Assembly: GCA_018398765.1 (NCBI GenBank)
Contig: JAHBMJ010000130.1
Coordinates: 1 to 55,637 of the forward strand
Length of the DNA: 55,637 nt
Direction: 5' to 3'
Source of the DNA: Chromera velia
Lineage: Eukaryota
The number at the start of each line of letters is the position of its first letter. Positions within the stretch are counted from its first letter, which is position 1. This document shows positions 36,550 to 55,637 of this stretch, one piece after another. Below the pieces are notes generated by a model, which did no database searches, had not been told where the DNA came from, and worked only from the letters and a program-made list of their open reading frames with translations. The position numbers and the translations under genes are program-made.

Positions 36550-39496
36550 ATGTCGGCTCATCTCTTTGCCTCCTCCGCCGACAGGCACGCGGACGCAGAG
36601 AGGGCCGTCGCCGTCGGTCAGACGGAGAAAGAAGGAGAACGCAGACACCTCTCTGCCTCCAACAGCGACCGGACTTCCACCTTTTTTTCCAGCAGCAGCC
36701 CAGACCCCAAAACGGCCAGTGAGATGGGTGACGCACAGAGAAAAAGTGTGACTGGGCAAGGGGGGGAAGGAGCAGTATGGGGCTCTGCTGTTGCAGGGGG
36801 TTTCAAAGAGGGGGAGACCACGCAAGTCGGGGTGGATATATCTGAGGGCGCTGGGGCCTTTTTGAAGGTTGGCTGTGATTCCTTTCTGGTCAGGTTTGAC
36901 CGCTATGGGGGGTTTAACGTCCTCACCCCTGCCGGCATTCCGAGTGGGGCGCCTGAGGGGGGGACGGGCCGAACGGGGGACGGCAAAAACAAAGGGGGAC
37001 AGTCTGAAGAGCAGGCAGAGGTCCTCAGAGAGTTGGCACGAAAACTCCAAAAAGAGTTGGGGGGTGTGGTGGACGAGAAGGGGGAAGTCGGGGGAATTGA
37101 GGGGGGGAAGGGAGAAAAGGAAACTGTTTTGTGCATCCCTCCTCTCCTTTTCTCCTTTCCAGCTACAGCAGCCGAACAGAAACGTCGGCGTCGGGGGCTT
37201 TTAGGGCGTTTGTGCCGTTGGCTGCAGAGTCCCCTTGGGTTGGGTGTGGCGTTTGTGGGTGCTGCGGGTGCTGTGTTGGTCGTCTCCCTGTGGTCCCCCG
37301 ACAATTCCGATAGGGTCAGGGGGCAGGCAGAGGGGGTGTTGGCAGATGTGAGGAGTATGTGGGGGAGGGGTTCCGTGTCTGTTGGTGTTTCTCCGAACAC
37401 TTCAGAAACGTTTGCATTCGGTTTGTTGTCGGGGCTGTCTCTGCCATTCCTGACCGCCTCAGGGAGAGGGGTGGTTGGGGTGTTATCGCGTCTGTGGGCG
37501 CGGTGTGTGGGAAAAAAGAAGAAAACAGATACGACTGCTGAGACAGAGAGACCCGCTTCCTGTTTGGGTCTCGCGTCTTCGTTTTCTTTGCCTCCGTGGG
37601 CCTATTTGGCCTGTTCCCATTTCCGTCAGGTGCTGCCGGTGCGCGAGCATCTGCGTGCACTGGAGCAGCAGAAAGCGCGCGCGTTGTCTCTGCAGAGTGC
37701 GTTGGGGGCTGCAGAAGAGAGGGTGTTAGCCCTCCTCGATCGAACTCGGGAGGCAGAGGGGAGGGCAGAGAGAGTGTCGGCAGAGAGAGCCGCCCTCCTG
37801 ATGGCTGCAAAGGAGGCAAGAGCTGCGGCTGCAGCGAGGGCAGAGGAGGCCATGCAGGCAGTCCGTAGGTTATCGGACTTAGAGGCAGCCCGGGAGAAGG
37901 CTGCACAAGAGGCGGGGGTGTTGAGGGAGAAGACAGAAGAGATGCAGTCCGAGCTAACAGAGAGGAAAACGGCGCTTGAAGAGAGGGGGCGGGAGGGGGA
38001 GAGACTGCGTAGTCAGATGACTGCTTTCGAGGTCCGTCTGCAGACTTCTGAGCAGTCCGTGGCGTCTCTCCAGTCTCGTCTCAAGAGTGCAGGGGAGACG
38101 GAGGCTGCAGCCCGGTTGGCTTGTAACCGTTCGGAGGCCCTTGTTGCGTCTCTTCAGAAAGAGCGGCAGGACCTAGAGGCGAAAGCTGAGAGGTTAGCAG
38201 CATCGAAGGGAGAGTTGCAGAGTGAGGTTCTTGACCTGTCGGCCCGTCTGAGGTCTCTGGAGGAAGAAGACGCGAGACGGAGGGCCTCGTGGTTGCAGGC
38301 AGAGGCCCGGCATGAGGCCGTGAGTAGGGAGGTGACGGCATTGCAGAGAGAACTGACGGAGGCTCAGACTGCCAGACAGCAGGCAGAGGCAGGGAGGCAA
38401 GGTGCGATGAGAGATGTACAGAAATGGGAGGGGGCGTTGGCAGCCGAACGGGAACGGCGCACGAGATCTGCGGCAGACGCCGCTAAGGCGAATCAGGAGA
38501 GAGACGGGGAGAGACGGCAAGCAGCTCTGCTCAGACGGCAGGTCGGTCAGTCGGGGCCGGGGGGATGAACAGAGGTCTGGCTTGCTTTGTTGAGCGAATG
38601 AATGTTCTTTTTCTTTTTCACGTTTTCTCCTTCTTTGGTCAGCATCCTCGCTCCTGCAGAGTTCATAAGTTTTGAAAGCAGCAATGGGTAGTTACCGGTA
38701 GGCAGAAAGGCAGACCTCGTGCAGTAGACAAAAAGGCAATGCAGTTGACAGATAGACAGACGTCTTGCTGCGGACAGACTGACAAAATTGTACACTATCA
38801 GATTTCCTTCATTCAGCTTGTGCATGTTTAGTTCGAAGGAACACTTGATGCCCCCCCATTGATACGCTGCATGTCTGTCGTTCGGCTTGACTCCATTTGA
38901 TACTTCTTCAACTATCGATAGATGTGAGTGGATGGATGGATGGATGGACGGATGGACGGATGGACGGATGCGGATGGATGCAGGTGAGACGACTGGAGTC
39001 CATCCTCCAGGGAGCAGCGGGGTCCCTTGCGCGTGCTCAGATGGCAGTGCTGCAAGAACGGGACAAGCGCGTCGACGCCCTGCGAGTGTTGCTGAGCCAT
39101 GGAGAGAAGTTGGGTGCAGAGGACCTCGAAGCACTTGCTTCCTCCTCCCTGCAGAATCGGGGGGGAAAGTCGGGGGGGCGGCCCCGTTTATTGGACGAGT
39201 GGCTGGAAGCAGCGTTGGGTGCTGAGGGAAAAGAGGGTCCTCTTTTTTCGGATGAGCTGGAGAATGCGGATTCAGTTGACAAAGAGGCAGCCAAGGGGGA
39301 TGGTATGTTGGAAACGAAAAAGGGTGCGGGAAGGTTTTTTTTCGGTAGAGTCTTGCCATTGTCTCTTCTGCTTTGCAGCTTTGGCGTCTCCGCAGCTTTC
39401 CTTGCGCTAAGAACCGATCATGGTGCCGCGGCGTCAGAGAAAATCAGAGACGGATTCAGGGCGTTTTCTACGATGCTCGCGCCCCAAAAGGTCTAA
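36550..39496 (+). CDS. Membrane-anchored long coiled-coil protein; exons 36550-38541 and 38984-39496
   Basis: 672-aa ORF with TM-like LGLGVAFVGAAGAVLVVSLW and a ~290-aa Ala/Glu/Arg coiled coil. The GTCGGT donor at 38542 joins the ATGCAG acceptor at 38983 in frame. C-terminal hydrophobic VLPLSLLLCSFGVSAAFLAL; TAA stop. The 5' end may have further exons. Confidence 0.75.
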
Positions 39497-40106
39497 TTTT
39501 ATTATCATTGTCATCATCAAATGGTATCGCCATCGGCCCATACTAGGTATCAAGCTACATGCATGATAGCCTACATCAAGCACTTAGCACTTGTTAGAGC
39601 GTTCGGCAAGCATGCTACTGGTAATTAAAGTTCTCAAAACTCACGTTTAAACCAGCTGTTAAAGCTAGTGTTGAAGCTGCCGCTAGAACTGTTGTTCAGC
39701 ACTTATAAGTTTGATTATTTTTTTTATTTCCTTATTTTATTTTTTATAATCATCTCCTAGATTCATCTGTATAGAAAGTTTTAAAATATATTAGCTATAT
39801 AAGCAGTACGTCTATTATACGGTATATACACCGGTTTGTTTATTAAAGCGACCTCTTGATTGACAATAGAACACTGCAACTGAAAGCTCCGCAGGGTACC
39901 GCAGGATAATCCAAAACTTGGGTTAGAACTTCAACTAGAACTTTGCTGATTTGTTTCTTAAAGTATAGTCCTTAAACTGTTAAAGAAATCCAATTAATTC
40001 TTTCAAATAAATCGAACTCGGAATTCACTTAAATTTTTTAGCATTCTGACTTCAATGTTCACAAAGATTCCTGTTCATGTAGTACTAAAGTGATTAATTG
40101 ACTTCA

Positions 40107-49040
<8,934 letters not shown>

Positions 49041-50012
49041 GGAAGGAGAGAGGCGGGCGTTTACTTTCATACAGAATTCTTTTTCAGGGAAGTATACGCA
49101 TGAGCTGTTCCCCGAGCCTGCAGGGAGGAGAGAGGCGGGCGAGCGATCGAGCCGGCAGACAGAGAGAAGGAAATGCGGAAGAAAAGAAAGAGCTCAAGAG
49201 AGACTGACCACGCAGGCAGGCAGGCAGGCAGGCAGACAAACAAACGAAAGAAGCTAGGGGAAAAAGAAAAATGGACAGGCGAAACAACCATAGGCAGGAA
49301 GGAGTAATGGGTGGAGAAAGGAGAGAAAGGAAGAGACGCAGTCGGAAAGAACGGAGACTGATCGAAAAGAAAGCACACGTAAAAGCTTCATTCAGCGCCT
49401 ACATGAATGCATTCTGTTCCAAGCCTCTACAGAGGGATGACGAATCAGCCTGGCTGACACGAATTTGACACAAACATAAGCCAAGCTCGACAAGTCATTC
49501 CACCAATTCTTGACCTGTGGGCGTAGGGAAGGAAGCTAGGATACCAAATCACAAGGCGTGAGCAAGGTTTAGTGGGTAGATAACACAGAGAAAGAACAGA
49601 AAACTATACAGGAGGATTCTCCATCAACAGACTGACATTCTACGCTGTTTCTGGATCTGGCGTTGGAATAACTGTTTGTTTGTGCCAGTGAGCCGACAGT
49701 ACCTCGCCGTCTGTCTGTACTACCAGGACGCACGTGCGTCTTCTGGAACCCTTCTGGTCTGAAAAGAGACCCGGCTCAGGTGCTGCAGCTACTCGTCCGT
49801 CAGTGTATCTACGCCTGAATGAAAAGCCAATTGCAAATCTCCCGATTGAGACGACAAACTCAGTTTCTGCTGGCGTCGGACAGAACTGTCAATTCGCGTG
49901 TTGATACCAGGGATGTGGGAAGAAGTTGTCAATGTGTTCGCACCATTTCGCACCTTCGATCTGGAACTAATAAGCTATATAGCCTCATGCAAATCTCATG
50001 CAATAATCATGC

Positions 50013-50175
50013 TTGCATCTGACGCAAGCAAGCTTGCGAACGGCCCCGGAAAGCAAGAAAAATGAGAACTGCACGATTGACGCACGCCGGCCATGGTGCT
50101 GCATTGGTGCATCTGACGCAAGCAAGCTTGCGAACGGCCCCGGAAAGCAAGAAAAATTACAACTGGTTCACGCAG
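50013..50175 (+). repeat. Two tandem copies of an ~80-90-bp unit (GCATCTGACGCAAGCAAGCTTGCGAACGGCCCCGGAAAGCAAGAAAAAT..); third copy at 52850-52929
   Basis: Alignment by eye. Confidence 0.9.
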
Positions 50176-50632
50176 TGCCACGCTATATCTAGCTGATTGA
50201 AGCCACGCAAAAAGTTGCACTCACATACAGTCAGGGCTAGACTCAGGTAGAGTTAGGGTGGGGGCGTTACTAGGCGTTACCTAGCGTTATCTAAATGTAT
50301 AAAAGATTTAATGTGTTTTTCTTAAAAAATACGGTAGAATGAAGACTAAATTTAAGAAAATTTAAATAAATCTGTGACATAATTAATTTTCTTATATGAA
50401 TTATCCTTTATTTTTTATATAGAAAACCGAAAAAATGTTTATAATAGATCTGAAATTTACATGACTAAATCTATAAACAAATTTATCAATAAATTTTATA
50501 ACTTGTTATATCATTGAATTAAAAAAAATATTAATGCAAAGACTTAATCAACAAATGACTCCTTAATGCTTACTATGGTTTCAACATTGGTTTCATTTAT
50601 ATTATGTGGCAATCTTTAAAGTATGTTCACTG

Positions 50633-51132
50633 ATAGGGGGGTAATATTGGGGGGGAGGGGGTCCTGGTCTGCGCGGCTGGCTTGCCAGCCACACCATAGC
50701 CCACACGAGGCCTCCGCGCGGCCCGGGCTCGTAGCACAGGGGGGGGGGCGTGCCACGTAGTAGACTATTAAATAACATACTAGATAACATAACTCGGTCT
50801 CAACGTCGCCTCCTTGCGTTGCCCCCCCCCTTTCTTTTTGCCAACGGGTCAACGTCTAGGTCAACGTCAATATGTGGATGCTGAAAAAGATACTGAAAGA
50901 GGAATATAGAGGAGAGTGGGGCAGTTAACGGCTATTGAGTGCCTCTTCCACCAACCAGAAGTTGAAAGCCTAACGCATACTAGAGAAAATCTTGTTGCCA
51001 CGCTGCATGGCCCGGTAGGGCCGTGCTGCGCGGCAGCCTTTTTTCGTGGTAAGAGGGGGGGCCATGCTGTCGTGCGGCAAAGCCAGCGTGTGTTACAGCC
51101 CCCCTCATGCTAAAGGTATTTCACCCCCCTAT
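50633..51132. mobile_element. 500-bp MITE with 10-bp perfect TIRs (ATAGGGGGGT) and an 8-bp TSD (GTTCACTG)
   Basis: TSD at 50625-50632 and 51133-51140; TIRs at 50633-50642 and 51123-51132; second partial copy at 16210-16375. Confidence 0.9.
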
Positions 51133-51247
51133 GTTCACTGTATTGAGTTCATCCGTTTCAAGATCAACGATCATCATCTTATTGCTCTTGATTTTGTAGA
51201 CAAAGATCCATAAGACGTGGGATGGAAGGAGAGAAAGAAGCTAGGGG

Positions 51248-51304
51248 TCTCTCTCTCCCCCGTTCTCGCTCTCTCTCTTTCTCTCTCTCTCTCTCTCTTT
51301 GCTT

Positions 51305-51371
<67 letters not shown>

Positions 51372-51389
51372 TCGCTCGCTCTCTTTCTT

Positions 51390-51420
<31 letters not shown>

Positions 51421-51511
51421 TCGCGCGCTCTCTCTCTCTTCGCACCTTCTCTCTCTTCACACCCTCTCTCTCTCTTCGCGCTTTCTCTCTCTCTCCGCTC
51501 TCTCTTTCTCT

Positions 51512-51561
<50 letters not shown>

Positions 51562-51630
51562 CTCTCTCTCTCTTTCTCTCTCTCTCTTTCTCTCCCTCTC
51601 TTTCTCTGTCTCTCTCTCCTTCTCTCCCTA

Positions 51631-51661
<31 letters not shown>

Positions 51662-51698
51662 GTATGTGTGTGTATATGTGTGTGTATGTGTGTATATA

Positions 51699-51735
<37 letters not shown>

Positions 51736-51925
51736 GTCTGTCTATCTGTCTGTCTGTGTTTATCTGTCTGTCTGTGTCTCTCTGTCCATGTCTGTCTATC
51801 TGTTTGTCTGTCTGTCTGTCTATGTGTGTATCTATCTGTCTGTCTGTCTGAAAGAAAGGAAGCGATTCGGAAAAAGTGAAGTGAAGAAAAGACGATATAG
51901 TCTGTCTGTCTCTCTCTCTCTCTCC

Positions 51926-51979
<54 letters not shown>

Positions 51980-52002
51980 TTCTTTGGCTCTCTCTCTCTC
52001 TT

Positions 52003-52046
<44 letters not shown>

Positions 52047-52130
52047 TCTCTTCCTCTCTCTGTCTGTCTCTTCTGTTTCTCTTCTCTCCCTCTGTTCTGT
52101 CTTTCTCTTCTTTCCCTTTCCCTCTCTTTG
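51248..52130. repeat. Long compound (CT)n/(GT)n/(GTCT)n microsatellite containing a retroposon-like 3' end at 51850-51910
   Basis: Direct reading; the overlapping ER/SL ORFs are artefacts. Confidence 0.95.
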
Positions 52131-52590
52131 CAGACAAAATTAAGCTGAGGGCGTTGGAAATATAAAAGTAAGCCGGCTAAAAAGAGATGGAAATACACAA
52201 TGCAGGATCATATACCAGGATGACATGCTGGAAGGAAAGATGCATATGCATAACTTGAAGAACGAGGCGGTCAGACAAAATGCGGCCAAACGTCTTAGAG
52301 AAAAGGAGACGGGCAGGCATAATGCAGGCTGACGGAACTGAGGCAAACGTGCTGAAAAGAAGAGAACGAACATACAGCAAGGAGACGGGCCTAGGAGACG
52401 GGCAGACAGAACGTAGGCGGACGTGCTGGAAGGAAAAAAACAAGTAGGCAAGCAGGAGACAGGCAGACAAAATGTAAACGAGCGTGTCGAAAGGAAAACA
52501 GTAAGCAGGCAAGAAGGAGACGGGGAAATATAAAGCAGAGGAACGTACTGAAAACAAAAAAACAGGCTGGTAAGAAGGAGACGGACCGAC
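52130..52590. repeat. Degenerate minisatellite of ~55-65-bp units (AGGAGACGGGCAGACAAAATG..ACGTGCTGGAAGGAAA)
   Basis: Recurring GGAGACGG, CAGACAAAAT and CGTGCTG words at semi-regular spacing. Confidence 0.6.
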
Positions 52591-54080
52591 GATTCTCTAT
52601 TTCTCTTCTTCTTTCCTTCTCTTCTTTGCACCTTCTCTAGAAGCTTCTTCTCTTCTTCTCTTGGAAGAGCAAGGTGGGGAACTTTCTCTTCTTCTTTCTT
52701 TTTCTTCTTCATATCTTTTACGAGAGAGAGAAGCAGGGGGGGGAGGATTGCGATCAGTTTCAAGCCTCGCCGCATGTGGCCTATTCTGATGTACGCTTTT
52801 CTAAGCCAATTGGGAGCAGAGCTTTCCGGGGCCTTTTTTTTACGAAAGCTGCATTTGACGCAAGCAAGCTTGTGAACAGCCCCGGAAAGTAAGAAAAATC
52901 AGAACTGTATGATTGACGCACGCTGGCCAGCTGACCAGGCGGTGGCGCTGATCCCCCCCGCCCCCCTGCAGGAAAAGCCGCGGAACCCCCCCTTCCCTGG
53001 GAAAAAAACCTAGGGGTATGCTCTGACGTACGTATGCATGCATCACGCAAATTCAACCTTTCCGCGCGGTTGCTTTCCAGGGCTACCCATTTGACGCACG
53101 CATACATGGCGACAGGTTCACGCTTTTCTGGACGTTTAGGCGTTTTCTCTCACTTTCTCTGGAAGCCGTACGTCGGACTTTCGGCATTGTGGCGGGAGGC
53201 CAATCCTCCGGACATTAATTCTAATCCTAATCATGCAATAAGATTAAACAAGATTTCAGATCTAATATGATAATGGGATATCAATGACTCTCAATACTTT
53301 TATACTTAATTAGGCTTACAATGCCGCTTACTACAACTATAATATTCTCTACTTAATTAGAAAACACTAAATAAAAATGTGTATATACCTAAAAGCTAAA
53401 GGTAATTTGACTCAATAATTCAAGCAACTAGTCAAACGAATTTTAAAACAATAATTTCAAATTATATCACTCAGCCCTGTCTTAGTTTACGGTCTTTTTA
53501 AGTCTCTGTTTGTAAAACAACGGATGAGAGAATGAAATCTCCGTCCGGTTCTCTGCTGCGTCACAGCCTGCGTGATAAATCTAATCTCGTCTCTCTTCAT
53601 ATTTTCCTCCCTTTTCAACTCGAAGTTTCCGAGTGCATGTGGATCAGCCAGCAGGCCTCCAGGAATGCATTGAATTAAGTAAACAGAGGCTGCATGGGTG
53701 CACGCGGAGTCTTCATCCAACCCAACCCAACCCCGCATGCAGCCCTTCACCAGCTAGGCCCCCCCCCTCCCTGCCATATGCAGGCAGGCAGGCTCCTTGA
53801 GGGAGGACACCTTGCATGATGCAAGCTTGTAGCATCGATCCTCCCTTCTTGTCTCTCGATCCTCCCTTCTTAATTGTCTCTCGATCCATCCGGGCTCCCT
53901 TCTTCAAGTTGTCTCTCGATCCATCCGGGCATGCAGATAGCGAGGGAGGGCTGTCTTCATTGCCCTTCTGCAGAAATTAAAGCATGAATCGATTATTAAT
54001 TATGAGGACATTCACCCATCAATTGTCATGGGGATATCCTCCCATCCATCCGTGGCGTCGCGCTCCCATGCGATCGATCG

Positions 54081-54322
54081 ATCGATGTGCATGCACTTTC
54101 CTTCCGTAATGATCGATCATAGTAGAAGATTAAATTATCTGATCCTTATTTATTCATTTCGTTTTTCGCGCGATGTGTGCGCATCGATGTGCATGCACTT
54201 TCCTTCCGCGATGATCGATCATAGTAGAAGATTAAATTATCTGATCCTTATTTATTCATTTCGTTTTTCGCGCGATGTGTGCGCATCGATGTGCATGCAC
54301 TTTCCTTCCGCGATGATCGATC
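54081..54322. repeat. About 102-bp tandem repeat, 2.4 copies, nearly identical
   Basis: ATCGATGTGCATGCACTTTCCTTCCG.. starts at about 54081, 54183 and 54285. Confidence 0.95.
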
Positions 54323-54982
54323 AGAACACAGCCATGCAGCCACTGCATGCTTGACAGCCTGCGTGACTTTGGCATACGAATTCTCCCTGTCCTTTCTTTC
54401 TTCTTTCTTTCTTTCTTTCTTTCTTCCTTTCTTCCTTGCTTTCTCTCTTTCTTCCTTTCTTTCTTTGTTTGTCTCTTTCTTTCTTACTTTCTCGCTTTAT
54501 TTCCTTCCTTCGGTCACTTTATTTTTCTTTCTTTTCTCTCTGTCTTTCCATCTCTTTCTCGCCTCATTTTCCTCTATTTTCACTTTTTTGCTTTTTTTGT
54601 TGCCTCCACCATACTGCAGGCAGCAAGCCTCTATGATCAAATCAAGTTCTATCAGCACAGCAGGCAGACAAAGCTGCTCCTTCTATCGCCTCCGTCTCTC
54701 CCTCCCTGCATCGCTGCCCAGCCACCGTCATCAATCTGCTTGGGTCCGTCCATTGGTGTTCGTTCATGCCAACAAATAAATATTCATAAACGAATGAACA
54801 AAGAACATCACAACCCAACCCACCGTCTCTCCCTGTCCCTCACCACAGGCCGTACGAATGAATCATCCAAGGCGACCCAAGCGCGCAGTCCGTTGCCTCC
54901 CCTCTCCTCTACTTTCCGAGAAACAGAGTAATAAGTAAAGAGCCCATCTGCATGCCTTCAGAAATGCAACTAGGACAGAGAC

Positions 54983-55637
54983 TCAGACAGAGAAGAACGT
55001 AATGCTGAGAAAGCCAGGAAGGAGCCTGCAGGAAGAATGGGAAGGAAACGGAGGTCCTGCACCTCGGGTTGGTCTGAAGACAAAATCCTCTCCGGGTTGG
55101 TATACATCAACACTCATTAAAAAGCGATAGGAACGGCTCTGCACACGAGATTGCAAACGCTGCTCTGCACAGGCAGAAGCAATATTTTCAGCGTGAACGA
55201 GATGCACCAAAAGCAAAGGATGCACAAGAGCACAAAGAGCAACGGAAAGTCTCGAGAGCGATAAGCAGGGACGAAAACAGAACCTCCAAAGCGACCCGAA
55301 AATCTGCCGGTATGCCTTTTTGTCTCTCTAACTGTTTGTTTGCCGGTCTGTCTTTCTGTCTATTTCAATGACACAAGAAAGAGAGAGACGGTGACTGACA
55401 CAAGAAAGAGAATTAAGGAGAAAGAACAACACTCCCTCCCAGGTCCTCCCGTTAAAAGAAAGGAAATTCGCCCTTTGGTGGTTTTATCTCCTCCATTCTT
55501 TCGTCTCTCTCCAACCTAGCTAGCCATGCAGCGCTCTTCCACAGACGTACCTGTTTGTCGACCTCGCGATCCCGTGTCTCACCCCGCACCCCGCACCCCA
55601 CACACCATTGACGGAAGGAATCTAATTCAATCAATCC
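54983..55637 (-). CDS. Possible 3' exons of a gene entering from the right edge
   Basis: Two complex-sequence ORF pieces (55634-55452 and 55225-54983); no recognisable motif and splice structure unresolved. Confidence 0.25.

Noticed and set aside
51174..52198. Long ER-rich and SL-rich ORFs (also at 54-266, 34058-34877 and 48323-48695)
   Set aside because: Translations of microsatellites that lack stop codons.

Overview
Eukaryotic, intron-rich, microsatellite-dense genomic DNA. The style of the genes (helical-repeat protein, TGCATG motifs, Glu/Gly-rich low-complexity proteins) suggests an alveolate such as a chromerid, but that is only an inference. Six spliced host genes can be reconstructed by hand: a WD40 protein (-), a helical-repeat RNA-binding-like protein (-), a Pro/His-rich coiled-coil protein (+), a PAM2-like hypothetical protein (-), a membrane-anchored coiled-coil protein (+) and an MFS sugar porter (-). 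Between 6.5 and 16 kb lies a mobile-element cluster: a decayed CRE-like RT/RLE non-LTR retrotransposon preceded by an unexpected hydrophobic ORF, and an RT-less element with 195-bp direct repeats, an (ATC)n tail and a KH-like ORF. Elsewhere are a 500-bp MITE with an 8-bp TSD and several retroposon-like 3' ends sitting in (GTCT)n tracts. The most unusual signals are (1) at least five duplicated exon-intron junctions, each split by a short AT-rich filler sharing a TATTT..ATACAG(AATT) motif, and (2) C-to-T, largely CpA-to-TpA (RIP-like), decay concentrated in repeats.
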